Source of the DNA: Chiloscyllium plagiosum
Lineage: Eukaryota
Reading direction: 5' to 3'
Length of the DNA stretch: 64,000 bases
Assembly: GCF_004010195.1 (NCBI RefSeq)
Contig: NC_057718.1
Location: forward strand, 83,160,669 to 83,224,668
Part shown: piece by piece, positions 1-11,079 of the stretch
How the letters are laid out: each line of letters starts with the position of its first letter
Position numbering within the stretch: the first letter of the stretch is position 1
The notes under the pieces: model-generated
Told to the model about the DNA's origin: nothing
The model's database searches: none
Seen by the model: only the letters and a program-made list of their open reading frames with translations
Program-made: the position numbers and the translations under genes

Positions 1-172
1 CAAAGATGTGCAGGTCAGGTGAATTGGCCATGCTAAATTGCCCGTAGTGTTAGGTAAGGGGTAAATGTAGGGGTATGGGTGGGTTACGCTTCGGCGGGGC
101 GGTGTGGACTTGTTGGGCCGAAGGGCCTGTTTCCACACTGTAAGTAATCTAATCTAATCTAATCTAATCTAA
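1..172 (+). mobile_element. HE1-type V-SINE, 3' part (cut by window edge)
   Basis: Same body as 38949-39267; LINE-derived tail ending in (TCTAA)n. Confidence 0.9.
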
Positions 173-283
173 TAACATTTAAAATGGTTACATGATGCCC
201 AGGCATACATGGCTAGGAGCCAACAGCTGGAAAATGAGACAAGAAAAATGCTTGTTTTTGACCACAACAATCCGAGAGATTAC

Positions 284-583
284 TAGATTACTTACAGTGT
301 GGAAACAGGCCCTTCGGCCCAACAAGTCCACACCACCCCGCCGAAGCGCAACCCACCCATACATTTACCCCTTACCTAACACTATGGGCAAGTTAGCATG
401 GCCAGTTCACCTGACCTGCACATCTTTGGACTGTGGGAGGAAATCGGAGCACCCGGAGGAAACCCACGCAGACACGGGGAGAATGTGCAAACTCCACACA
501 GTCAGTCGCCTGAGGCGGGAATTGAACCCGGGTCTCTGGCGCTGTGAGGCAGCAGTGCTAACCACTGTGCCACCGTGCCGCCC
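284..583 (-). mobile_element. HE1-type tRNA-derived V-SINE, full length
   Basis: A box TGGCACAGTGG, B box GGTTCAATTCC, V core GGAGTTTGCAC...GGGTTTCCTCCGGGTGCTCCG, CR1-like tail. Confidence 0.92.
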
Positions 584-588
584 ATCAA

Positions 589-658
589 ACTGAAAGCTAG
601 TGTGCTTCCAGTTAAACCTGTTGGACTGTAACCTGGCGTTATGTGATATTTAACTTTG
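589..658 (+). mobile_element. Short repeat fragment, probably a PLE terminal-repeat piece (related copy 15673-15790 on the opposite strand)
   Basis: GAAAGCTAG...AAACCTGTTGGA...GTGATATTTAACTT also present inverted at about 15673-15735. Confidence 0.4.
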
Positions 659-1112
659 CAGTTATATAGTTAATTTAGTGTTGTAATGCACACCCAAAAT
701 CATATTACAGGGCTCCAGTAACAGATAATGGTAGTGCACTATGATAGGGTGGTGAAATCACTGGTAGATGGGCTAATGCTGAAGATAATGGTGGGATTTT
801 GAGATAGGTTAAGTGTAATGTAGGGAACCAGTGTGGCAGACAATGATTATTTTAGAAAGACAAAGCAAGCCAGTATGATTAGTTATGCTAATGTTATCTG
901 ATAAATGCAGGAACAACAGCTGTATAAACTGCAGTGAGACAATGGATTGGTGGGCAATCAGGAAGCCATTAGTTGATTGTCACAGCTTTTCTTTGCAAAT
1001 TAAAGTTTAACTTCGTGAGGGATTTTCTGCATCCCCTGGTACTTTTTACAGAAAATTGAGTGATTCTTCCGTGTGAGAGTATATAACACTTGTTGTTAGT
1101 TAAATGTTTGTG

Positions 1113-1211
1113 GTAAAAACAATGACTGCAGATGCTGAAAGAGCACAGCAGTTCAGGCAGTATCCAGGAAGCAGTGAAATCAACGTTTCGGGCAAAAGCC
1201 CTTCATCAGGA
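1113..1211 (-). mobile_element. Short Penelope-like (PLE)-derived insertion with a hammerhead core
   Basis: 15-bp TSD AGTTAAATGTTTGTG (1098-1112, 1212-1226); minus strand CTGATGA-AGGGC-TTTT-GCCC-GAAA-CGTT at 1182-1209. Confidence 0.85.
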
Positions 1212-1440
1212 AGTTAAATGTTTGTGTCTTGTTCCCCAAATCGAGATCCGGGAGTGTTTTGATTTTAATTTTGCACTGTAGGAATTTATGATATTGATTT
1301 TTTTTAAAAGAGGTTTTTCAAGGAACCATCAGTGATTAGTGTTTTCTGCAGATGCAGTCCTAGAATAGTATAGGCAGAACAAATGAGAATAGATAATTTC
1401 AACTAATTAATAAAAACAAAGGAAGTTTAGGGACTGATGT

Positions 1441-2195
1441 GGCTTGATAACGTCATCTCAGGCTGACGTCATGAGGATCAGTAAATCCTTCTATGCCAGT
1501 CTGTATGACTCGAAGCCAAACGACAGCGCGGCCTCCCAGTCACTCCTGTCCTCTATCACGGAGGTCTTAGACAACAGAACATGAGAGGGGCTGGACCAGC
1601 CACTATCTCTGGACGAGCTGACCAAGGTCCTCGAGTCCTTCGAAAAGAATAAAACTCCCGGAAGCGACGGCTTACCGGTCGAGCTCTATTCTGCTCTGTA
1701 GGACTTGATTGGCCAGGACCTGCTGGAGGTGTATTTCAGTATGCTTCAGGCAGGTACCATGAGTGAATCCATGAGGAAAGGCATCTACAAGCAGAAGGGG
1801 GAAGAGGGAGGAAATCAGAAATTGAAGACCAATATCACTATTGAATGCAGATTACAAAATCTTGGCAAAGGTCATCGCCAACCAGGTCAGGTCTTTGTGT
1901 GTGGCTGCATCAAGCTGTGCATAGATCCCCGGTACGCAGACACCAAGTGTCACTACGTACTGAGGTTCTACCTGTCCCCGGTGTTGCGAAGGATGGGCCT
2001 GGCCTCACTGTCGCGGAACGCTCCGAGTAGTTGGACCGTTCCGTATCACTTGTCCTTCGTGGAGAAATTTATGAAGAAAAACACCTTTAACCACAAGTCC
2101 ATCAGGAAGTGGTCAGCACATAGTGTCCTTGAGACCCTTCGGGAAAAGGAGAGGGCGGATCCTATCGAGCGGTTCCCTGAGCAGACTGTCAAAGC
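1441..2195 (+). mobile_element. Tx1-type (L1 clade) LINE ORF2 fragments with internal deletions
   Basis: KTPGSDGLPVELY, ADYKIL and LSFVEKFMKKNTFNHKSIRKWSA pieces; near-identical to segments of 56076-58908. Confidence 0.85.
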
Positions 2196-3900
2196 CACGT
2201 CCCACCATAGCCTCAGGGAGGGGAAGCTTCCCCGCTTCCCCGCTTCCTTCTCCAGCCGGCCCAGAAGCGACGAAATGAGTTCCAGAACTGCTCATCCTCC
2301 AGCAGCGGGTTGTTAAAGTGCCAGTACGCGGAGCCAAGCCTGGCACCAAACACAAGGAATTCTGCCCACACCAGGTGATGGTCCGTGCATGACACCTGCC
2401 ACGTGGAGGCCCTCGGAAAACAGGAGGCGTACGCCCGCGAAATGTACAGGCAGTCGACTCTGGATGCTCCGACCCCAGGCCTCACGAAGGTGAAGGCGAT
2501 GGAGTCGGGATGGAGATTCCGCCAAACGTCCACCAGGTCAAAGGACTTGACCAAGTCCCCCCACCGGTGCGGGCACCGCCGTGGTCCCTGCCCTCGAGGG
2601 CGCAGTTAAAATCTCCCCCGAGGACGGCGCACTGGCTCTCATCAATGGAGGCGAGATGAGCGGACACTTCTCCGAAGAAGCTCGCTTGCCTCGGCCCGGC
2701 CAGGTGAGCGTAGCCGTTCACAAAGTGGCGCACTGCACCCCCCAGCCGAACCATCAGGTGAAGCAAGTGGCCTGGCACAGGCTCCCTGACCCCCAAGATC
2801 TACGGCTGAAAATCCGGGGCCAACAAGATAGCCACCCCGCCAGATCTGAGGGTGAGGTGACTCATGTAGATCCCCCCCTCGCCACTCCAGGAGCCAGGTG
2901 GCTTCGTCTCCAGGGGTAGTGTGGGTTTCTTGCAGGAAGCACACCGCATACCTCCCGTCCCGAAGGTCCAAGGGAGTCTGGAATCTGCACTGTGACTCCC
3001 TGCTGCCGTTGATGTTGAGGCTGGCTATAGTTGTCTTCATGTCGGAAGCGTTGTGCAACCACCACCAGTACAGTTAAAAACTATATACATTTACTGGGAG
3101 GACGAGGAAGGGGCACAGAAGTCCCTCGCCCTCACCAGGAGTGCCCCCAGGAAGTTCCTGACTCGCTTTTGCTCATTAACATCAAGCCCATGCACCTGGC
3201 GAGCAGCGTGGGCCGACCAGTAAACTCTCTCAAAGGAGCTCCAGCAGTCGAGCACCAGTTGGGCTCTATCCTGGCGACTCAGGAGTTTCCTCGACAAACT
3301 CGAGTTCCTCGAGGGAGATGAGGGGGAGATTGGTGAGGGGCACCTGGGACTCAAAAATGTCACTGGAGACAGACTCCGCGACGTCCCGAATGTCCACCAC
3401 CAATCCCAAACCCTCCTCCGGGATATCGCCCTCGGTCACCGACCCCTCACCCAGCACCCCCACCCCCAGGGTCACCAGCAGTACCTTCCTCAGCGCACCC
3501 CTTCCCGGAATGCCCCAAGTTCGGGTCGTTGGGCGGCAGACGGTTGGGGCCCCGCTCCTCTCCCGACACAGGGACGCCCAGCTCCTCAGGGAAAAGGTCC
3601 TCCCCCAGCGCCAAGGCCCCTGGAAAAACAGTCTGGGAGTGTGGAGTGAGGATAACACTTTACTCCCCTCTACCGCTCAACGATCCAGCAGAGAGTTCAG
3701 TGTTATCACCCGCCCTACAGCCCATGTGGGTTTTTAAAGTCCTCCCAGGGGCCGGTGGAATTACTGCAACAGAGGGTCCTGCTGTAGCCCCTGGGGGTTG
3801 GGTAGGTCAGGCTACGGTGCAGGACATACCATAGGCTCATCCACTGGAGAGGAGCAGCACTGCTGGGATATCTCTCCCCTCCAAGGGCCAGCACCTCTTC
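2196..3900 (-). mobile_element. Second Tx1-type LINE: end of ORF1 and AP-endonuclease start of ORF2
   Basis: TIASLNING..FLQETH, LGGDFNC, SRVD.LY, TDHHLV and WHFNN endonuclease motifs spread over frameshifted ORFs. Confidence 0.85.
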
Positions 3901-3929
3901 CCCAAAGAGGTAGGGTGGAATTTATGTGC

Positions 3930-4140
3930 CTTCCCCGCCCATCCCCCCCCCACACCCCCCACCCTCACCCCCCTCCCCTCCCTCTTCTTCCCCTCCCCTC
4001 TTCTTCCCCCCCTCTTCTTCCCCCCCTCTTCCNNNNNNNNNNNNNNNNNNNNNNNNNNNNNNNNNNNNNNNNNNNNNNNNNNNNNNNNNNNNNNNNNNNN
4101 NNNNNNNNNNNNNNNNCCCCCTCCCTCTCCCCCTCCCCAG
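3930..4140. repeat. C/T-rich low-complexity tract spanning N gap 4033-4116
   Basis: Poly-pyrimidine CCCCT runs on both sides of the gap. Confidence 0.8.
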
Positions 4141-4189
4141 CTGGTCCAGAGACAGTCCCCTTCCTCTCAGACACAGTCACGTGCACATG

Positions 4190-4543
4190 CACATTGATCC
4201 AGCTCCCTCAGAGCCAGCTGTCAGAGTGAGCAGGATGTCTGACACTCCTGTTTATCATTTTTTCTTTTTTATTGTACAGAGTTGGATTCAGTACAGTAAT
4301 GCTGAAATAACTCCAGAGGCCGGGATCCCATCACCATGTCATCCTTTATTTACACGTGGAGAAGCCTTGAGCTGGAGAGGCTTCAGAAGAGACACACCTT
4401 TATGTTTTTTTTTAATATGCCTGTTTATTTTTTGAGACACTCTTTTATGTCTCTGTCAGTTAGTGCGCCCTGATTGGACTAGATTAACAGTCCCAATTAG
4501 GGAACACATATTCCATGAGGTCCACCCGGCTGACCTCATTACA
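4190..4543 (-). mobile_element. Solo-LTR-like repeat (partly duplicated)
   Basis: Minus strand begins TGTAATGAGG and contains AATAAA; GACAC...TTTA motif repeated; 10-bp repeat TCAGTACAGT at 4288 and 4545. Confidence 0.45.
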
Positions 4544-5601
4544 ATCAGTACAGTTCCTGCATGCTGGCACTTTGTGCTTCAGGTAGGATACAGACACCTG
4601 TGCACAGCAGTCCTTCCATTTAAATGCTTTGCTTTCCTTCCCACCAAAAATGGGCAACGGCACATTTTTCTATGTTTTTCTCTATCTGCCATTTTCCTGC
4701 CCTTTCGCCTAACCTATCTATATCCATATGCAAATTCTTTGTATCCTCCTCACAACTTGCTTTCCTATCTAGCTGCAATAGGGTATGTTTTTGTCTGTGC
4801 ATAGGTAACCTCAATTTATTTAGTTACTTCATACAAGTCATTAGTATAGATTATAAATAATTTAGACTCTAGAACCGATCCTTGGTGCTCTCCAGTAGTA
4901 ACAGTTTGACATTCTAAAAACAAAACATTACTTCCAAAGTTTGTTTCCTTTTTTCCCACTAGTAACTTGTCAGTCTCAGACACTCAGACCCATTGTTCAG
5001 TTTAGCTCATCTTTTCATTTTTATATACTTGAAGAGCTTTTGCCGTCTATTTTTATATTTCTTATTTTTCTTCATAGTCCAAAATCTTCCTGTTTACTAA
5101 GTTTTGGGTTAACATTTGTTGATTTCTAAGTCTTCCTTAATTTTCTGACCTACCACTCTTATTTTATTAGCAATGCATGTCCTTTCTTTCTACTTGGTAC
5201 CATCCTAACTTCCTTAGTTAGCCATGAATGGTGCATCCTTCTAGTTAGAATTTTTCTTCATCTATGGAATCTGTAAAGACTATCATAACATATTCATTTA
5301 TTTCTGTTGATGCTATCAATTCATCTATCTTGTTATGAATGCTGTGAACATTCAGGTAAAGAGCTCTTTCACAAATCTAGCCTTTCATCCCTATGATCAT
5401 TCTGGTCCATTTGTGATACACCTTTTGTTTTTGGTTATGTATTATTCCCATAACATACTGTCCTTATATACATTGTTACAGTGGCATTTATTAAAAAAAA
5501 TGTCTGAGGTTGCCATTCAAGATCATTTTGATTTGTGACTCATTATTTGGTGCAGTTATATCAATATCTTTTAATCCACATCTTAAAGTTGCATTTGTAA
5601 A

Positions 5602-6968
5602 GGACAACCAACTCCCATTCCTAGATGTGATGGTACAGAGAACACCTAACGGATAATTCACCACAAAGGTACACAGGAAAGCCACACACACAGACAAAGT
5701 CCTGAACTATGAAAGCAACCACCCCAACACACACAAAAGAAGTTGCATCAAGACACTGTTCAAAAGGGCCACAACACACTGCAGTACACCAGAACTGCAA
5801 AAAGAGGAAGAAAAACACCTATACAATGTATTCGCCAAAAACGGATACCTGCGCAATTNNNNNNNNNNNNNNNNNNNNNNNNNNNNNNNNNNNNNNNNNN
5901 NNNNNNNNNNNNNNNNNNNNNNNNNNNNNNNNNNNNNNNNNNNNNNNNNNNNNNNNNNNNNNNNNNNNNNNNNNNNNNNNNNNNNNNNNNNNNNNNNNNN
6001 NNNNNNNNNNNNNNNNNNNNNNNNNNNNNNNNNNNNNNNNNNNNNNNNNNNNNNNNNNNNNNNNNNNNNNNNNNNNNNNNNNNNNNNNNNNNNNNNNNNN
6101 NNNNNNNNNNNNNNNNNNNNNNNNNNNNNNNNNNNNNNNNNNNNNNNNNNNNNNNNNNNNNNNNNNNNNNNNNNNNNNNNNNNNNNNNNNNNNNNNNNNN
6201 NNNNNNNNNNNNNNNNNNNNNNNNNNNNNNNNNNNNNNNNNNNNNNNNNNNNNNNNNNNNNNNNNNNNNNNNNNNNNNNNNNNNNNNNNNNNNNNNNNNN
6301 NNNNNNNNNNNNNNNNNNNNNNNNNNNNNNNNNNNNNNNNNNNNNNNNNNNNNNNNNNNNNNNNNNNNNNNNNNNNNNNNNNNNNNNNNNNNNNNNNNNN
6401 NNNNNNNNNNNNNNNNNNNNNNNNNNNNNNNNNNNNNNNNNNNNNNNNNNNNNNNNNNNNNNNNNNNNNNNNNNNNNNNNNNNNNNNNNNNNNNNNNNNN
6501 NNNNNNNNNNNNNNNNNNNNNNNNNNNNNNNNNNNNNNNNNNNNNNNNNNNNNNNNNNNNNNNNNNNNNNNNNNNNNNNNNNNNNNNNNNNNGACCAGCT
6601 ATCCTTAGTAGCCACACACTCAGATGACAAGCAGCATCAGTTCAACTGGGACAACACTACTATTATAGGACAAGCCAAACAGAGAACAGCCAGGGAATTC
6701 CTACAGGCATGGCACTCATCCACAGTTTCAATCAATAAGTACATCGACCTTGACCCAATATACCGGCCACTGCAACGGACAGCTGGAACTGACAACCGGA
6801 AGCGGCAGATTCAAACCACTACAAATGCCGGAGGAAAGATCACAGAAGTGCTTCATAGGAGACTCCCAAGCACTCAGGATGTCACCTAGACAGGGGTCAA
6901 CACAAATTCCCAGCTCGCGAACAGAACCACAACAACGAGCAGCCGAGCTACAAATCCTCTCTCAAACT
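5602..6968 (+). mobile_element. 5'-truncated Penelope-like element (RT C-terminus, endonuclease tail, 3' repeat); contains N gap 5859-6592
   Basis: LPFLDV..VHRKATHTD..NHP..K..IKTLFKRA..CS...NGY and SLVATH..H.FNW..REFLQAW; 13-bp TSD TTGCATTTGTAAA (5589-5601, 6969-6981). Confidence 0.9.
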
Positions 6969-7509
6969 TTGCATTTGTAAAATGAATCAATCAGTTAAAT
7001 CACAAAACATAATGACTAAGTGAGCAGATCAGAAAAAAAAATCTACAGGCATTCCAGCAACCAGCATATTAGCAAGCTAGAAACAGCAATCAACTATTGC
7101 AAATGACTATCCTATCTATCAGCAAAAGCCATGTTACTCGTATTAACTTTCAACAAGCCCCCATTTTCCCATTCTGTAATCTCCAGTATGAGCTTAAAAA
7201 AGGAAAAACTCTGAAATAATATTTAAGTTAGAATTCAGAATTATGTAAAAATTTAAAATTATTAATAAACTGAATCATCCTCTATAATATGATTCAGAAA
7301 TAGCCAAATAACTTCTCTGCATCTCATTTAAGCCATTGTATGAAGTTCTATATACATGAGGCTTGAAAGACTTTTTCAAACGTTTATTCCAAATCTTATT
7401 CCAAACAGTCTTCAGATAGAAATCTAATTTTCTAAGTCTTTTGAAAAAAATGGCTCATCATATTAAGGAAAAGGCCACTGGAAGATGAATCTTTGGGAGT
7501 GAGTGGGAT

Positions 7510-7665
7510 AAGCCCTGGTTTATTCAGTCTCTCCCTCTAGCTCAAACCCTTCAACCCTGGCAACATCCTTGTAAAACTTTTCCAAACCCTTTCAAGTTTC
7601 ACAACATCCTTCTGATAGGAGGGAGACCAGAATTGCAAGCAGTATTCGAAAAGTGGCCTAACCAA
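7510..7665 (-). mobile_element. CR1/HER1-like LINE fragment
   Basis: RPL.EYC.QFWSP..KDVVKLERV coding remnant; nearly identical to 8767-8923. Confidence 0.85.
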
Positions 7666-7749
7666 TCTTTAAATAACTTAACGATACTTACTCCATGTAG
7701 ATGATCACAGACAGCAACTCTTTTCTGTTATGCACCTCTACCCTGGAAT

Positions 7750-7755
7750 TTTATT
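7750..7755 (-). promoter_or_regulatory. Candidate AATAAA polyadenylation signal of the kinase gene
   Basis: AATAAA on the minus strand about 240 nt after the stop; other candidates exist (ATTAAA near 7841, AATAAA near 7383). Confidence 0.3.
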
Positions 7756-7996
7756 TGTATTTTTAATGTCCCATTTAACTTCCCATCTAACTAAGAAGAA
7801 TGAACAAGAAAACCTTTTATGTGAAACGTGGTTTGTTGTTTTTAATTAATGTATACATGAGTCATATTTACAGCAAGTAAAATAAAGCAAAATAATACCC
7901 ATATCACCACTTCAGTCTTATACAGAAACCTTTCTTGAGTACATTACATCTAGATATTTCTGTTTCACTTCAGAACCATAGGTTTGATAGAGATTG

Positions 7997-8092
7997 TCAG
8001 ATGGTAGGAAGGTGATCGAACCGTTGCTGACGAAGCTGCTTTCTGGCATCTGGTGTTGGTGACCCATTATTACCAGGGAGCTGAGGCAAAAA
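7997..8092 (-). CDS. CDKL4: CDKL4-like terminal coding exon (FLPQLPGNNGSPTPDARKQLRQQRFDHLPTI*)
   Basis: Polypyrimidine tract and tag acceptor; 96 nt ending in TGA; SPTPD..K and FDHLP.I resemble the CDKL4 C-terminus more than CDKL1. Confidence 0.9.
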   Translation of the reverse strand, partial: FLPQLPGNNGSPTPDARKQLRQQRFDHLPTI

Positions 8093-8651
8093 CTAATTTT
8101 AAAAATGAAAAAAAACTAATAAATTTCCAACGAAAGTTTGTGATGTATGCCCAGACCTGGTTTCTAAACTATTTTCTTGCCCACCACCCTTCCTCTAACT
8201 GGCAGAAAGAGGTATGGCAGAATGCTAAAATCTTGAAAATGAAAATCCTACTACATTCACATCAAGCATAACATGCAGTTTAGTCCATCAACAAGACCCC
8301 AATGAAATCAGATAGGGATACACTTACAATATAATAGTCACAGCCCAAAAGCATAATCATTATTGTTAAATACAAATATTTAAATCATTATAGTTCAATA
8401 TTCTTAAAGTTCATATTAAATCAACTTGATTACTTATTTTCTTTAACCTAATTTGCTGAGACATTAATGTGTGATCAAACTATACTGCATTTATTTGGTT
8501 TTAATGTCTTTTTTTACTTCTGCAACTTCTAGATATCCTCTAGGAGAAACTTCTGCTCATTCACTACTGGACGACATTCAAGAAGTGTAACATATCAAAA
8601 ATAGCAGAGGAGATTGGATATAGAATAAAAATAGAGAGATGCTGTAAGTCA

Positions 8652-8766
8652 GAAACAAAAACAGAAATTGTTGATAAAGCTCAGCAGATTTGGCAGCATC
8701 AAAGTTCTGAGGAAGGGTTACTGGACCTGAAATGCTAACTCTAATTTCTCTCCACAGATGCTGCCA
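8652..8766 (+). mobile_element. Degenerate PLE terminal-repeat piece with a decayed hammerhead core
   Basis: CTGAGGA-AGGGTT-ACTG-GACCT-GAAA at 8707-8732; inverted TTGGCAGCATC...GATGCTGCCAA arms. Confidence 0.6.
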
Positions 8767-9470
8767 AAGCCCCAGTTTATTCAGCCTCCTCCCTCTAGCT
8801 CAAACCCTTCAATCCTGGCAACATCCTTGTAAATCTTTTCCAAACCCTTTCAAGTTTCACAACATCCTTCTGATAGGAGGGAGACCAGAATTGCAAGCAG
8901 TATTCGAAAAGTGGCCTAACCAACGTCCTGTACAGCCGCAACATGACCTCCCAACTCCTAGACGCAATGCATTGACCAATAAAGGAAAGCAGAGCTTTTG
9001 CCCGAAACGTCGATTTTGCTGAAGCTCCTCGATGCTGCCTGAATTGCTGTGCTCTTCCAGCACCATTGATCCAGAATCTGGTTTCCAGCATCTGCAGTCA
9101 TTGTTTTTACCAATAAAGGAAAGCATGCCAAATGCCGCCTTCACTGTCCTATCTACATGCAACTCCACTTTCAAGGAACTATGAACCTGCATTCCAAGGT
9201 CTTTTTGTTCAGCAACATTTCCCAGGACCTTATTATTGAATGTATAAGTCCTGCCCTGATGTGCCTTTCCAAAATGCAGCATCTCACATTTATCTAAATT
9301 AAACTCCATCTGGCACTCCTCAGCCCATTGTCCCATCAGATCAAGGTCCCGTTGGACTCTGAGGTAACCTTCTTCTATGTCCACTATGCCTCCAAATGTG
9401 GTGTTATCTGCAAACTTACTAACCACATCTCCTATGTTCATATCCAAATCATTTATATAAATGACGAAAA
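8767..9470 (-). mobile_element. CR1/HER1-like LINE RT fragment interrupted by a PLE-derived insertion
   Basis: SKFADNT, FNLDKCEMLHFG and LVRPLFEYC motifs. Confidence 0.9.
8992..9108 (+). mobile_element. Short PLE-derived insertion with a partial hammerhead, nested in CR1
   Basis: TSD ACCAATAAAGGAAAGCA (8975-8991, 9109-9125); starts inside stem II (CTTTTGCCC-GAAA-CGTC); same 3' end as 1113-1211. Confidence 0.85.
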
Positions 9471-9479
9471 GTCTTAAAA

Positions 9480-11020
9480 ACCTTCAAAATGGTCGCCTCA
9501 ACTGCTTCACTAGCAGGGAATTCCACTGATTCCCAACCCTTTGGGTGGAAAAGTTCTTCCTCAACTGAGTTCAAAATCTGTTCCCCCTTATTTTGAGGCT
9601 TTGCCCCCTAGTTCTAGTTTCAATCGCCAGTGGAAACAATCTCATTGCTTCTACCTTATCTATTGCCTTCATAATTTTACATGTTGCTATAAGATCCCCC
9701 TTATCCTTCTAAATTCCAATGAGTATAGTCCCAGTCTACTCAATCTCTTCTCACAAGTCAACCCTCTCAACCCTGGAATCAAACTCGTCAACCTCTTCCA
9801 GTGCTCAAACATCCTTTCTCAGGTATGGAGACCAAAACTGTATATAGTAGTCCAGTTGTGGCCTTACCATCACCATAACCAGCCTATTTTTCAAGTCTAT
9901 TCTTCTAGCAATGAAGGATAATCTTCTATGTGTCTTTGTAACTACCTGCTGCACCTGCAAACGAACTTTTTGTAATTCATGCACAAGGAGACCCAGGTGC
10001 CTCTGCAATGCAGCATGTTGCAACCTTTCACCATTTAAATAATAGTCCATTCTGCTGTTACTCCCACTAAGATGGATGATCTCACATTCACCAACACTGT
10101 GCTCCATCTGCCAGACCCTTGTGCACTCATTTAATATATCAATATCCCTCTGCAGACTTTCAGTGTCCTCTGCATACTTTCCTGTACCACTCATTTTAGT
10201 ATAATCTGCAAATTTTGACACACTATTCTTGGTCCTCAACTCTAAATCATCTGTAAATTGTAAATAATTGTGGTCCCAACTCTGATCCAGCACTGGAGGG
10301 AGACAAAAAAGCAGGAACTTATTGGCCTGTTAGCCTAACATCTGATCCTGGAGAAAAAAGTTGTAATAGGGCATTTGAAAATGATGTTCAGGCAGGATCA
10401 GCATGATTTTGTGAAAAGATCAAGTTTGACAAATGTTTGGAGTTGTTTGAGGAAGTAATTTTAAAAAACCACAGGTTCAAGGGAACAAGTAGATGTTAAT
10501 GACGTCTAAAAGTTACTTGGTAAGTTTCTACAAAGAATGTTATCACACAAAATAAGAGTGCATGACACTGGGAATGATTTATTAAAATGGAGAGAAGATT
10601 GGCTAACTCACAGAACAAAGTCAGGATAAATGATCTGTTTGAAATTGGCAAATTGTAATCCATCTGGTCCAGGTAATTTGTCCACCTTCAGATGTTTCAG
10701 TTTTTCTAGCACATTCTCCTTGGTGATGACCACCATTCTCACCTCTACGCCCTTATTCTCTTGAATTTTTGGAATGTTACTCATGTCTTCCATGTAAGAC
10801 TGATGCAAAGTACTTGTTTAGTTCCTCTGCCATTTCTTTGTTCTCCAATATTACTTCTCCAGCATCATTTGCCAGTAGCCCAATGTCTACTTCATCCTCT
10901 CTTTTGCCCTTTATATATCTAAAGAAACTTTTGCAATGTTCTTTTACCCTCATCTTTAATCTTCTCCCTCCTTATTTCCTTTTTAGTTGTGATGTGTGGT
11001 CATTGTAGGCTTCCCAATCC
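9480..11020 (-). mobile_element. Cluster of older CR1-type LINE fragments (mostly minus; plus piece about 10300-10660)
   Basis: SKFADYTK, LQRDID and KLPGPDG motifs. Confidence 0.75.
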
Positions 11021-11079
11021 TCTGTTCCAGCACCTCCTTTAGATTGTACGATTTATTTCATATTGTCAATGTTCTTTCA

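Noticed and set aside
192..593. Recurrent ORFs containing CGRKPEHPEETHADTGR (also near 26654, 33400, 38900, 50964)
   Set aside because: Antisense translations of the HE1 SINE V domain, not genes.
5707..6630. Long ORFs of about 260-310 aa in the ORF track (also 23944-24834)
   Set aside because: They are open only because they run through N gaps.
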